The notes: generated by a model from the sequence alone, not told the origin. A stretch of DNA of 58,678 bases from Yoonia sp. (GCA_964230945.1 CAXRJJ010000049.1:1-58678), one strand, 5' to 3'. Positions 45,664 to 56,600 are shown, counted from the first letter of the stretch. A program made the numbers and translations.

Positions 45664-48387
45664 ATGGGAAGGCCAGCATTGATTCTGTCGCTGATGTTAG
45701 TTCTACCCACATTGGCTGTTGTTGCTGCAGAGGACGCTACATTCTCAGAAACTCATGATGCTGGAACGTTTGAGATTGGATACATGAATATCGAAGCGAA
45801 GAAGGCCGACGGCAGTGGTGAATTCTGGTCCTCCGTTTTGTACTATCCAGCAGAAAATGAGAGTGGCCAAGAAGTTGCTGTCAACGCAAGCGGCGCTCCT
45901 TTCCCGGTGTTGTTCTTCTACGTGGATGATGGTGAAGCGACTGATATCTACACTTGGATTGTTGGTATTGTCAAGGCCGGATATTGCGTTGCAATTTTAC
46001 CGGATGAATGGGAACGTGGTGACTCGGAGAGTTTGGTTTCAGATTTGGAAGTCCTGATATCAGGTATTGCAGAATTCAACGCCAATGGTAGCGACGACGA
46101 GTTTCCAGCTAATTTGAATGGTTCAATAGATGTAGACCATTGGGGGGTAGCGGGGCATGGAACTGGAGCAATGAACGCAGCCTTGGTGTACAATCAATGG
46201 TCCGTACATAGTAGCAAGGCCAGTATTGTGGCGCCAATGTCATTGTTCACACTTGGAATCGACATTTCTGGTGCTGACCTTGCAGACATTAGTAGTGGTC
46301 AAATTGCAGACCCCAAACTGGCATTATTCATCACGGGAACGGCCGATGAAATCGCACCTTCTTCAGAACATCTAGACAGGGTCATCGAAGTCTGGCAGGG
46401 AGGGTGGCATAGAATGGCTCCCACTGGAGCAAATCATATTCGCTATCAAGACGAGCAGGGATGGTTGGAATCACTACAGGATGGCTCAGGTAATAGAAGT
46501 GAGAGCCAACAACAGGAATATGCTACTGCCCATATTATCCCTTATCTTGACTTGATACTGAAAGGCAATCACACCAGTTGGTATAATGCAACCAATAGAG
46601 AAAACAACCCTTCACAGATTCAAGATCTCGATGCTTATCTGGACGAGAATCTGAATCATTCTAGGATGCTGAACACTCTTTCAACAAGTTCGCCTTCTGA
46701 AGAGATTCAATTGAATCAAAGTGTGAATCTAAGTTTCAATCTCAGTCATCGGGATGGTTCTGAACTCGGCAATGGTAGTAGAGAAGCATGGTGCTTACAT
46801 TGGGATGGTACACTAATTTCTGGAACATTTGCAAATGGTTCGGATACTGCCTCTTGTTCGGTGGATTCTAATTCTTTAGCGCCGGGACAACAGCAAATCA
46901 TTCTCTACGCAACTTGGGATGGAATGATGGCTTCGAATGAATTTACATTGACCCGCGGAAACACTCCTTTGGTGGTCATCGAACCTACGCCCATGTTATT
47001 CTTCGATCAACATTCTTCATTGCAGGTTCTGCCGGAATCTTTTGCTTTTGACCCCGATGGAATCGATCTTTTCTTCGTTAATGCTACATTGAATGGTAAT
47101 GGGTCAGATAATATTAGCATTCAGAATAATGGAGATAATTTGACATTGACTCATACTGGAGAGCCCGAGTGGCAAGGTACATTGGCCATTGATATGTGGA
47201 TTTCAGAAACCTCTCCCGATCCCGAATCAATCAATGTTAGTACCGTGGTAACTTTGCTTGCAGTGGATGATTCAGTAGTTCAGACCTCAACGATTCCGCA
47301 GCAGCGATTCGATGAAGATAGTGCGGGTTTGTCATTGGATATTTCTCAATGGTTTGAGGACCCGGAGAATGGAACTTTGGTTGCTTCAGGATATTCCAAT
47401 GAAGCAAACCTAAGCGTTGAGTGGATTGATGGTCTTCTTTATCTTCAGTCTACTGAGAATTGGTCTGGTGCAGCAATAGTTAATCTCACAGTCAGCGATG
47501 GCAATACTTCAGCGGTCTCGGTTGAGTTCCCAGTTGCAGTACAGGCCTTACCGGACCCTCCAGTCTTTGTCATGGAAGACATCGCTATGGAGGAGGATGA
47601 AAGTGTTCAGATTCCCCTTTCAAGTATTGCATTTGATTCGGACGGGGACGAACTGGAATACCAAGTTTCGATAGAAGATTGCCAATCAAGTCCTGTACTG
47701 GTTCAGATTCAGGGTTCTTTCTTGACATTATCAGGACAGGCGAATTGGTATGGTCTTGATTCCTGCTGGAAGTTGACGGTTAGTGATGCACAGAATAGTA
47801 TCAACAAAACATTGGAGTTGAATGTCACTTCTGTAGATGATGCGCCGACTGTTGCATGGCATGACCCTGAGGTTAGGGAGGATGGAAACATCAGCCTTGG
47901 ATTCACTTTCTTCGATGAAGATCAGCCTTCAGAACACATTCTGTACGTCGCTTGGAGGCTGGATGAATGGACGCGTCCTGCTTCAGCTGCCTGTTTGGAA
48001 TGGAGCGATGGAGCCTTGGCGTGCACAGTTCTGCTACAACCCGTTTTGAGCTCTCAGGGACAAAATCCTCTTTGGTTAAAGATTGAGAGTCAAGGAGTCA
48101 GTACGAGTGTTCAACAATTGTCTTTCAGCCTAGATGATTCAACAGTTGATAACACCTCTACAGAAGCAGATGAAACAGTTTCCATGTTTGATGATGTCAA
48201 ATTGCAAATCGCTGCTGCAGCCGTGGTTTTCATCATCATTATTGCGTTCATCGGAAATCTCCGTCGCGGCCAGCAGACCATAATTGAGGAGGTCTCGATA
48301 CCGGTCTCAGATGTGGTTGCAGAAGAGGTAATTGAGGTCGTGGAAGAGAAACCACGCGGTTTGCTGGATTTGGCTAGAAACAGGTAA
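45664..48387 (+). CDS. Secreted surface protein: N-terminal alpha/beta-hydrolase-like (dienelactone hydrolase/cutinase-like) domain, cadherin-like repeats and a C-terminal TM anchor
   Basis: Signal peptide MGRPALILSLMLVLPTLAVVAA. The hydrolase-like part is YYPAEN...APFPVLFF...GYCVAILPDEW...WGVAGHGTGAM...GTADEIAP...GANHIRY. Repeats end in AVDDSVV, LPDPPVF and VDDAPTV. TM helix AAAAVVFIIIIAFIG. Confidence 0.7.
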   Translation: MGRPALILSLMLVLPTLAVVAAEDATFSETHDAGTFEIGYMNIEAKKADGSGEFWSSVLYYPAENESGQEVAVNASGAPFPVLFFYVDDGEATDIYTWIVGIVKAGYCVAILPDEWERGDSESLVSDLEVLISGIAEFNANGSDDEFPANLNGSIDVDHWGVAGHGTGAMNAALVYNQWSVHSSKASIVAPMSLFTLGIDISGADLADISSGQIADPKLALFITGTADEIAPSSEHLDRVIEVWQGGWHRMAPTGANHIRYQDEQGWLESLQDGSGNRSESQQQEYATAHIIPYLDLILKGNHTSWYNATNRENNPSQIQDLDAYLDENLNHSRMLNTLSTSSPSEEIQLNQSVNLSFNLSHRDGSELGNGSREAWCLHWDGTLISGTFANGSDTASCSVDSNSLAPGQQQIILYATWDGMMASNEFTLTRGNTPLVVIEPTPMLFFDQHSSLQVLPESFAFDPDGIDLFFVNATLNGNGSDNISIQNNGDNLTLTHTGEPEWQGTLAIDMWISETSPDPESINVSTVVTLLAVDDSVVQTSTIPQQRFDEDSAGLSLDISQWFEDPENGTLVASGYSNEANLSVEWIDGLLYLQSTENWSGAAIVNLTVSDGNTSAVSVEFPVAVQALPDPPVFVMEDIAMEEDESVQIPLSSIAFDSDGDELEYQVSIEDCQSSPVLVQIQGSFLTLSGQANWYGLDSCWKLTVSDAQNSINKTLELNVTSVDDAPTVAWHDPEVREDGNISLGFTFFDEDQPSEHILYVAWRLDEWTRPASAACLEWSDGALACTVLLQPVLSSQGQNPLWLKIESQGVSTSVQQLSFSLDDSTVDNTSTEADETVSMFDDVKLQIAAAAVVFIIIIAFIGNLRRGQQTIIEEVSIPVSDVVAEEVIEVVEEKPRGLLDLARNR

Positions 48388-48390
48388 TGC

Positions 48391-49947
48391 TCATAGCGGG
48401 ATATTTCCATGCTTACGGGGCGGGCTCCACTGACGTTTCGATTTCAGTAGCCTCAAGGCGCGAATAAGTCGGAGCCTAGTCTCACTAGGCTCAATGACAT
48501 CATCTAACCAGCCGTTGCGGGCTGCAACATATGGGTCGCCGAACTTACGTTTGTACTCGTTAATCAAATCCTGTCTGACATCTTCTCTCTGATCTTCAGA
48601 TGCTGCGGCAATCTCTCTTCGGTGGATGATATTTACCGCACCTTCTGCACCCATCACAGCAAGCTCGGCAGTAGGCCAAGCGACGTTGTAATCTGCACGC
48701 AGATGCTTACAGGCCATCGCTAGATATGCGCCTCCGTAGGCTTTGCGAACCACCACTGTCAACTTGGGTACAGTCGCTTCGGCATAGGCGAACAGCAATT
48801 TTGCCCCGTGGCGTATGATGCCACCCCATTCCTGTACAACCCCGGGGAGAAACCCTGGTACATCTTCGAATGTTATCACTGGAATAGAGAATGCATCGCA
48901 GGTGCGAATAAATCGAGCAGCTTTGATCGATGCATCTATGTCAAGACATCCAGCCAAAACTTTGGGTTGATTTCCAACAATCCCTACGGGGTATCCATCT
49001 AAGCGAGCGAATCCAATCACTATGTTGTCTGCATACGAGGGGAACAATTCTAGCAATTCTGAATCATCTACAACTTCCCTGACGATGTCGAGCATGTCAT
49101 AAGGCCTGTTTGGGTTATCTGGGACCATTCCTTCTAATTCCTCGGACAATCTATCGTATGGGTCTGCACTAGGCAGGTGCGGTGGTTCCGCCATGTTGTG
49201 GTCTGGCAGGTGGCTGAGTAACAAGGCCACGATGTCGATGGCATCATCTTCATCTTCTGCCACTAGGCAAGCAATTCCTGAACGACTGGCGTGTAAGTCT
49301 GCGCCTCCAAGGCCTCTCGCATCTACTTCTTCTGCGATTATTTCAGGAGTCTCTAATGGACTGGACATGAATAATTGCCCATGCTCTCTGCCGAGGATAG
49401 TGAAGTCCGATAGACTGGCTGCTAAGGCAGAGACTCCAACTACTGGGCCTAAAACAAGACTGATCATTGGAATGCGTCCACTGCATTGTACCAAGCGGTC
49501 AAGCAAGTCTCCAGTGCCACCCAATGAAGCGACTCCGTCTTGAGCGCGCTGGCCTCCACCATCCCAAATACCAATCAATGGTACCTTTGCTCTTTCCGCC
49601 ATTTCTACTACTTTGGCAATTTTACGGGCGTGCATTTCACCCATGCTGCCTCCATGTACCGAGAAATCCTGTGCAAAACAATACACTCTCCTGCCATCCA
49701 AAGTTCCGTGTCCAGCGACTACTCCATCTCCAAGGTGGCTCAGCATGTGTAGATTGCCGCTACTGCTGCGATGATTGACGAAAGTATCCAATTCATTGAA
49801 ACTACCTTCGTCTACAAGTTTTCGAATGCGTTCACGTGCAGTTCCTCTACCGCTGGCGCGAATTGCCTCCAGTTTTTTCATCCCGCCTCCAGCTTCAGCC
49901 GTAGATCTGCGTTCATGCAGTTCCTCGAGCGAATCCTCGTGCGTCAT
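48391..49947 (-). CDS. Acyl-CoA carboxylase carboxyltransferase subunit (propionyl-CoA carboxylase beta / methylmalonyl-CoA carboxyltransferase family)
   Basis: A 518-aa protein with the family-typical N-terminus LEELHERR...GGG..K and a duplicated crotonase-like CT domain (GGSMGEMHARKI..., GGAYLAM). Confidence 0.88.
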   Translation of the reverse strand: MTHEDSLEELHERRSTAEAGGGMKKLEAIRASGRGTARERIRKLVDEGSFNELDTFVNHRSSSGNLHMLSHLGDGVVAGHGTLDGRRVYCFAQDFSVHGGSMGEMHARKIAKVVEMAERAKVPLIGIWDGGGQRAQDGVASLGGTGDLLDRLVQCSGRIPMISLVLGPVVGVSALAASLSDFTILGREHGQLFMSSPLETPEIIAEEVDARGLGGADLHASRSGIACLVAEDEDDAIDIVALLLSHLPDHNMAEPPHLPSADPYDRLSEELEGMVPDNPNRPYDMLDIVREVVDDSELLELFPSYADNIVIGFARLDGYPVGIVGNQPKVLAGCLDIDASIKAARFIRTCDAFSIPVITFEDVPGFLPGVVQEWGGIIRHGAKLLFAYAEATVPKLTVVVRKAYGGAYLAMACKHLRADYNVAWPTAELAVMGAEGAVNIIHRREIAAASEDQREDVRQDLINEYKRKFGDPYVAARNGWLDDVIEPSETRLRLIRALRLLKSKRQWSPPRKHGNIPL

Positions 49948-49999
49948 ATCTCTCCGTCCTATTCCTCATTATTGACCAGCGCGGTTGTCATTCTACACT

Positions 50000-51361
50000 T
50001 CATTCACTCATTGTTTCAGGATTCTCTCCTACCAAATCATCTTGCCACGCTTCAGTTATCTTTTCGATATCTTTGCCATATTGACTTAGCAGCCAATGTA
50101 GTTTGATCATTGCGGCATCTGGTCCACACCTACTGTTATGGCCCAAGATTCCCATTTCCTGTTGGATTCTACCTTTTGAGTAGACAGCCATGTTTACTGG
50201 TCCTTCGATACATTGACTACTGACTAAAGTAATCCCTCCACTATCTCTCCATCGATTCAAAGCGGCTTTCAATTCTGTATTTTCAGGAGCATCTTGCATC
50301 GGATCCTCAATGGGCAAATGCCCTAAGCCGGTTCCTTGTATGTGGATGGCATCTCCTCCCATTTTTGCCACTGCATCAATCAATTCTGCTCGGAGATAAG
50401 GTCCTGCCACTAGGTTGCTGATTCGGATGTTTGTGTCGAAGATAGTGGGGGTGCTTGAGATGGGTCTCTCATCTGTGGGATTGTAAGACTCTCGTAACTC
50501 TATGCGCGGACCTTCACGACTCAGAATGATATCAGCGATGGCATTCGCATTGATTGAACGGAAGGCATCCCTTCGACTTGAATGCGATTTGCGAACGGAA
50601 GAGCCTGGATGTACTGAACAGCGTCCATCCTCTGATGCGGCGTGCATGACTACAACTACTGAGTCGCCCAATCCTCCATCGGTTTGTGGCCCATGGGCTG
50701 CCCATTGTACTGCAGCCATCAGATTTTCAGCAGCATCGCTAGAGCCACGATCGCTGGAACGCTGAGAACCGGTTATTGCAATCCTTCCAGGAGGCCTTCC
50801 TCCCGCGCCGGACCAAGCCATTGAAAGAGCGCATGAAGTCATGTGCATCGTATCAGTCCCTTGAGTTACAACAACACCAACAGCACCTTCTTCGAAGGCT
50901 TGTGCAGTCGCCTGAGAAATCAAGTTCCAATGTTGAGGGCGCATGTCATCCGACCACATATTTCCAATTTTCACGGCCTCGATACGCGCAATTTGAGCAA
51001 GTTCAGGTATTGCAGCCAACATCTCTTCAGGCTCAAACCTTGCAACCACGGCCCCGGTACTGTAGTCGACTTTGCTTGCTATGGTTCCCCCTGTATGGAT
51101 GATGCGAATCAAGGGCAGCGCAGCATCAAATTCCAATTCCCCATTTTCGGATTCTACTCTGGGAACTGCCTCTGCAAGCAACCTCAACGAGATGATATTC
51201 GATAAGGGATGGCTGACATTGTATCCATTGTCGAGCTTAAGGGAAACAAATCCTGTATCAGCGGGTGGCAGAATAACTCCAGTGTGTTGAGTTTCTCCAG
51301 CAGGTCCTTCGACCTGCATCTCGACGCGACTACCTTCTGCGGGTATATCAGAGGGCGCCAT
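50000..51361 (-). CDS. gatD: Glutamyl-tRNA(Gln) amidotransferase subunit D
   Basis: Archaeal GatD layout: an N-terminal beta-domain (LKLDNGYNV) followed by an asparaginase domain with IIHTGGTIAS and VTQGTDTM. Preferred start ATG 51361 (the track uses TTG 51373). Confidence 0.88.
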   Translation of the reverse strand: MAPSDIPAEGSRVEMQVEGPAGETQHTGVILPPADTGFVSLKLDNGYNVSHPLSNIISLRLLAEAVPRVESENGELEFDAALPLIRIIHTGGTIASKVDYSTGAVVARFEPEEMLAAIPELAQIARIEAVKIGNMWSDDMRPQHWNLISQATAQAFEEGAVGVVVTQGTDTMHMTSCALSMAWSGAGGRPPGRIAITGSQRSSDRGSSDAAENLMAAVQWAAHGPQTDGGLGDSVVVVMHAASEDGRCSVHPGSSVRKSHSSRRDAFRSINANAIADIILSREGPRIELRESYNPTDERPISSTPTIFDTNIRISNLVAGPYLRAELIDAVAKMGGDAIHIQGTGLGHLPIEDPMQDAPENTELKAALNRWRDSGGITLVSSQCIEGPVNMAVYSKGRIQQEMGILGHNSRCGPDAAMIKLHWLLSQYGKDIEKITEAWQDDLVGENPETMSE

Positions 51362-51457
51362 ACCGTACTCCAATTATTGGAGGCACATCAACGCTGCGCG
51401 AGTGTGAAGGTCTTGAGCCGCACCATTGAAGACGGTATGGTAGGTCGGCCCACTGTT

Positions 51458-51584
51458 GCCGGGGTGGCGTAGTTGGTGGCGCGTCGGACTCATAGGGCAG
51501 CCGAAAGGCACTGTTCGCGCTGAAGTCAATCTCCGTGATGTCTGAGACATCCGAAGGTCGCGGGTTCAAGCCCCGCTCCCGGCA
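51458..51584 (+). tRNA. Intron-containing tRNA with anticodon CAT (elongator Met or Ile2-type)
   Basis: Folded by hand. Acceptor GCCGGGG/TCCCGGC, D-arm GCGT...GCGC, anticodon stem TCGGA/TCCGA with CAT at 51491-51493, T-arm GCGGG-TTCAAGC-CCCGC, discriminator A. It is 73 nt once the 54-nt intron is removed. G1:C72 argues against an initiator. Confidence 0.85.
51495..51548 (+). other. 54-nt tRNA intron at the canonical 37/38 position with a bulge-helix-bulge motif
   Basis: The central 4-bp helix CTCA (nt 32-35) pairs with TGAG in the intron 3' end. It is flanked by 3-nt bulges TAG and ACA, with an outer helix GGCA/TGTC. The intron also contains a GCC-GAAA-GGC tetraloop hairpin. Confidence 0.75.
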
Positions 51585-51666
51585 CTCACAATTGTTGAGA
51601 CTGAGTCTAATGGTATGAGTTTCTAGTTCCGTAGCATAGAAAGGCCGGACACAGGTCGCGGAGAGC

Positions 51667-52590
51667 ATGGTCGACATGCAGACAGCGATGTCGGCGGCAC
51701 GGGCAGACAGAGGTTCTCGCAAACGCAAGGACGGCGACAAGAAGGGTCGTTCTGGGCGTGATCATGGAATCGAGGCTTTCGACCCAGTCAAGCATGTCTC
51801 CAAAGAAAGAGCAGATATGTATTCCATGTGGTTAGTCATCGCCTTTTCGATAGTTGTATCTTTGATGATGCGCTATCTCGTTATGCCAAATATGGATCCT
51901 TCAGGGAATAAGGATCTTCTCTGGTTCCTACCTATCGCCTTGATTTTCCTTCTCCCTTCATTGCATAGGATGGCAATGTCGGATGAGGTTGTCGAACATT
52001 ACGGCAAAGGAACTTGGTTCAGGGCTTCCTTTTTGCACGTATTCTCTTGGTTAGCTCTTTCATTTCTATTGGCTAATCCGCCATTCGCCGATATCGGGGA
52101 ACCCGAAGTTGCAGCTGCTTGGACTGTCATGGTAATCGATGGCGAAGAATTGCGCTTGACAGATGATGATCTAGATGGAAGCGGCCAGATTGAATTTATT
52201 CTTGACGAGGGTGAAGAAAGATTGGATGGCGAGATTTGGCTGTTATTTGGAATTAGAGATAACCTGAATTCAGAAGCGGTACAAGTTTCTGCAACTCTGA
52301 CACTATTCGATGGAACTGAAATTTCTCTCAATTCATCTGAATCGAGCTTTGACAATTTGAGCGAGTGGGGAGATTCGCACCAAGGTGTAAACGGAACCTA
52401 TGCGTGGCCGACCATTGTATCCAAGGAATATGATAGAGGTATGGCAATTCGATTAGTTACTGATGGATTAGAGACGGGTATCCATGTCATCGATTTGACG
52501 CTGAGTGAAGATGGAAATCCATGGGAGAATTCACGCTCTTATTCTTGGAAGGTTATCGTTAGCGAAGCACCATTTGAAGAAGCAGAATAA
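51667..52590 (+). CDS. Membrane protein, unknown function (basic N-terminus, 3 TM helices, acidic extracytoplasmic C-domain)
   Basis: ATG start. Arg/Lys-rich first 45 aa, then helices MWLVIAFSIVVSLMM, LLWFLPIALIFLLP and FLHVFSWLALSFLLA, then a soluble acidic domain. Confidence 0.55.
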   Translation: MVDMQTAMSAARADRGSRKRKDGDKKGRSGRDHGIEAFDPVKHVSKERADMYSMWLVIAFSIVVSLMMRYLVMPNMDPSGNKDLLWFLPIALIFLLPSLHRMAMSDEVVEHYGKGTWFRASFLHVFSWLALSFLLANPPFADIGEPEVAAAWTVMVIDGEELRLTDDDLDGSGQIEFILDEGEERLDGEIWLLFGIRDNLNSEAVQVSATLTLFDGTEISLNSSESSFDNLSEWGDSHQGVNGTYAWPTIVSKEYDRGMAIRLVTDGLETGIHVIDLTLSEDGNPWENSRSYSWKVIVSEAPFEEAE

Positions 52591-52623
52591 TCAATTGGAA
52601 AAATGAAGAATCCAATTGTACCT

Positions 52624-53580
52624 TCAACTGGATAATGCTTGACAAATCCGGGCTGTCATAGCATCCAATTGCAAGTCTTCTCCACCACCTTCAACCAATC
52701 TGAAATCTATCTCTGCCATCAGTTCAGTCAAATCCAATTTGGCGGCTTCGCTGAGGAATTCAGAATTGTACAATTCACGATGTAGTTGGTTGACCATGTC
52801 TGTCCCTGCAAGACCAAATTTGTCGAGTAGTTCTCGCAGGCGTCTTCTTGCAGCGTGAAAACCATCTTCTCTGCAAGCCAGTAGATATGCTTGTAGGGCT
52901 TCTGGAGGAGCGGTTGCATTAGTCTCGTAGATCATCGCTCTGCTGACGTGTGGATTCAGTGCTGCAGCAACTTGAAGGGCAGTTATTGCTTTTCGCAAAT
53001 CCCCTCTGCTGATGTCGACTATGGCGATACAAGCATCATCATCCAATTCTACTCCTTCTTCTTTGGCAACATGTTCGATCTGTTGTTTGACATCATCATC
53101 TGGTAGCGGCCTGAATCGAAAGACTGCGCAACGAGATTGAATGGGCTCGATAATTTTGGAAGAATAATTGCAGGAGAGAATGAAGCGGCAAGTTTCAGCA
53201 TACTTTTCCATGATTCTACGTAGAGCTCCTTGTGCGTCATTGGTTAGTGCGTCGGCTTCATCGAGGAAAATGATCTTGAAATCCGCACCATGGAGGGGAG
53301 CGGTTCTAGCGAATTGCTTGACTTTGGTGCGTATGCTCTCCAGTTTTCTCTCATCGCTAGCATTCATTTCCAACATATTCTCTCTGAAGCCTTCACCAAA
53401 TACATCTCTGGCGAGGGCCATCGCTGCGGTTGTCTTTCCTGTTCCAGGGGGCCCTGCAAACAGCAGATGTGGAAAGTCGATATTGGCTGCATAAACGACC
53501 AGCCTCTCGACTGCACTGCTTTGCCCGCGTATTTGGGAAACCGAACGGGGGCGGTGCTTTTCAACCCATAATTCGCTCAT
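52624..53580 (-). CDS. rfcS: Replication factor C small subunit
   Basis: Motifs LWVEKHRP, GPPGTGKTT, IFLDEADALT, SRC and the RFC box layout. It is 318 aa with no intein. Confidence 0.92.
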   Translation of the reverse strand: MSELWVEKHRPRSVSQIRGQSSAVERLVVYAANIDFPHLLFAGPPGTGKTTAAMALARDVFGEGFRENMLEMNASDERKLESIRTKVKQFARTAPLHGADFKIIFLDEADALTNDAQGALRRIMEKYAETCRFILSCNYSSKIIEPIQSRCAVFRFRPLPDDDVKQQIEHVAKEEGVELDDDACIAIVDISRGDLRKAITALQVAAALNPHVSRAMIYETNATAPPEALQAYLLACREDGFHAARRRLRELLDKFGLAGTDMVNQLHRELYNSEFLSEAAKLDLTELMAEIDFRLVEGGGEDLQLDAMTARICQALSS

Positions 53581-53693
53581 GCAGGAGTATGGCTGAGTCG
53601 GGGGGCGATGAACCTTATCACTGACCAGTCATGGTGGGGCCGCCCTATGGGCGGCCAGTGCGAAGCATCATAACTCAGTCAGATTCGTCGCCG

Positions 53694-56600
53694 ATGGTGA
53701 GAGCCATGTCAACCGCGCCCACAAGATTCCATGTTTCTGGTAAATCGATGATTTTGGTAGCCATGTTCCTGCTAGCAGATATCGCTTATCCATTCCTTGA
53801 CAATGCACCTCTTCAGGGTTCACCTGAAGTTGATTCCGCACCATCGAATGCCTTCACTTGGACATATAACACAAGCATTGACACCCATATCGATTCAACC
53901 GTTCCTTCAAACACCTACGGTTCTGAGACCACGGCCTTGATCGGGGTAAGTGGAATATTTGAATCTCGCATGTTGATCGAGTTCGCCTTGAACTTGTCTT
54001 CTTCGATGACGGTGCATTCTGCGACACTCGATTTGGAGTGTTTCAATTCTGATGGCGATGCGACTGAGTTCTACATTACCAATGTCACTTCGGCCATCAA
54101 TGAGACCAATGCTAATTGGTTGGGGCCAAATACCTCGCAGTCCTGGGATGTTATGGGTGCGGATTCAAGCAAGGATAGGAGCGCTTGGGAGCCGAGTGTA
54201 GATATGCTCAGCAATGGTACAGTCTCACTGAACATAACTAGGCAGATTCAGGTCAGAGCGGCAAATAACTGGAGTTCGGCAAGATACATCATCTCGGGAA
54301 CCAGTTCTCAATCCGAGTGTTATACCAGCGATTATAGCAATTCTACCTACCATCCGTTGCTCAGTGTAGTGTTGAGCAATAGTAGCGCAGGCCCAGTGGG
54401 GGAATTGACTCCTGATTGGATCGAGGATGGCCATTCGCTGATGACCGGTGATTTCATTCTGTCAGCAGATACGACTCCCACGATGTCATGGAAGAGTTGG
54501 AACGGAACTGGTGTTGAAGTTCAATTATCGCAATCAAGCGAGTTCCGTCAATCTTCAGATGAAGGTGGTCATTGGACCAGTATGTCGAATGCTTCAATTT
54601 TCCAGACCGGTACGGGAACCGGTTCGATGACCGTTCCTGCTTCTGAAGCAGTCTCCAATGGTAGCACAATGTTCTACCGAATGCGCTCGATAAGTTCCGA
54701 TGATCAAATCGGAAAATGGCAGGGCGGTTGGTTCAATTTGCCGGCTCATGACATAACTGACAATGGAGATGGTACGGCAACCCTCAACATAACCTCCTCT
54801 GACCTTGGTCTAGATGACAAGACCATTTGGGATGCAGAATTGGATTCTTCTCAAAAGACCACTTCCTTGGGTTCAGAAAGCACCATCAAAATAGGGACGG
54901 ACACCTCTCCTGATACCGAATACAAGACTATGATGAGATTGAACGCACAGCATCTTGGCCTACCTGCGAATGTAACGATTGTCTCCAATGAGTTTGTTAT
55001 GCAGAAGAGTTCATCCAGTGGAACAGTACTAATTTCAGAAATCTACGTTGAAAATCACATGGATTGGGTTGAGGAGGATGCTACTTGGAATAGCCCTCTT
55101 GGAGATAGCAATGATTGGGATACAGAATTACACACTTCATTTATGAACTACAATGTGTCTTCTAGCACTTCTGAGATTCGATATAATTCTACTATTGGCT
55201 TCCAGTCTTACGTAGCTACCGGAATCACTGAACCGGTTGACTTTCTAATGGTTGGGAAAATGCCCGAGGAGAACAGTTATTCTTCAAACGAGGTCACATT
55301 CCACAGTACTGAAGCAAGTTCTTCTAGCGATCAACCGTACTGGAAAGTCACTTACAAGTGGTCTGCAAATACGTTGATTTCTGATGTCGAGATGTTGCAT
55401 CCAATCGAGGGTCAGGGAGTATGGAACCTTTCGGGACACAATCTATCTGGAAACACAACCCCCGAATTGACTTGGAAGGCTTCCGCCTCTTCAGGAAATG
55501 AAATTCTGTATCAATTTTCGGATGACAAGTTTTTCCGAAATATCGTCAAAGAAGTCAATACTGCTGTGGACAACGATTTCCAAGTTAGTGATGGTTCGTT
55601 TAACTTGACTGCCAGCGATGGTCTATCCACTGGAAATATGTATTATTGGAGAATGGCTCAGGTAGACAGCAACGGAACTTGGAGTTCTTGGAATGAGCAG
55701 TCATTCTTCATTACTGATTTGAATTCAACCTACCTTGGAGGAGATCGTTATCAATTCAATCTTCGAGATGGTAATGCTTCATCGGATGGTCTGCATCCAA
55801 GTTGTCAGGATACTTACATCGATGGTGGTACTCCCACTTCAAATTATGATTCCGAAGAAGAGATGCAGGTCTCATACAACACGATTTTCGGAGGCTCTGA
55901 GACGGCGATTCTGTTCGGCTGTCACTTGCTGACTCATGGCTTGCCAGATGGTTATGCTGTGGTCGAGGCTAAGTTGCGATACAAGATGTCATATGCCAGT
56001 GGTAGTCCATATGTTGGTGCATATGAGAGCCATCAGCATAACTGGACCGAAGAAAGGGCAACTTGGAACCAGTTCGACGGAAGAAATTCTTGGGGAACGG
56101 TAGGTGCTAAGGGATGGGAAAGAGGGCAGTTGTTGTCTTCCACTACGATAAGCGGCAGTAGCGAGTCTTGGTTTGAATGGAATGTCACCCTTGGGGTGCA
56201 GAATGCGATGCGAAATGGCGAGAACTTCGATGTTATACTAGCAGTATTGGGTGCGGGAACTGGAAATAGCAGAGAGGCATTGTTGTACGGAAATTCGGTA
56301 TCTAGTTCAAGCAATAAGGCTGAATTGATATTCACATATGTTCCAGGTTCTGCGGCACTTCCAGATGAACCGACCCCTCTTTCTCCAGCCAACGGTAGTT
56401 GGTCGGTCGATGATGGAATAGAACGTTCTACAATTCCTAATCCGCTGTTGAAGTGGAACTATTCTGGAAATACCAACGCTTCAGGTTTCGTCATTGATAT
56501 CGATAGTAATACCTCTTTCGACAGCGCTGATCTGTTATCGTATGGTTCGTGGACCAGTAGTGGTTTTGATCTTACGAACATGACCTTCCAGGTCCCTGTA

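Noticed and set aside
51495-51548. A box C/D guide RNA inside the tRNA intron, suggested by GUGAUGU plus two CUGA motifs.
   Set aside because: The UGAUG-like box and the terminal CUGA are directly adjacent with no guide spacer. There is no C box near the 5' end, so the C-D'-C'-D architecture is not satisfied.
51348-51740. A 130-aa minus-strand ORF, and a 62-aa ORF at 51607-51795.
   Set aside because: They run antisense straight through the well-folded intron-containing tRNA and the start of the neighbouring gene. Their Arg/Ser/Pro-rich translations have no motifs.
53638-53656. A perfect 8-bp GC hairpin (GGCCGCCC-TAT-GGGCGGCC), considered as a terminator.
   Set aside because: It lies in the divergent region between rfcS (minus strand, start 53580) and the repeat-protein gene (plus strand, start 53694). 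No gene ends there. It is more likely a 5'-UTR or operator structure, or incidental.
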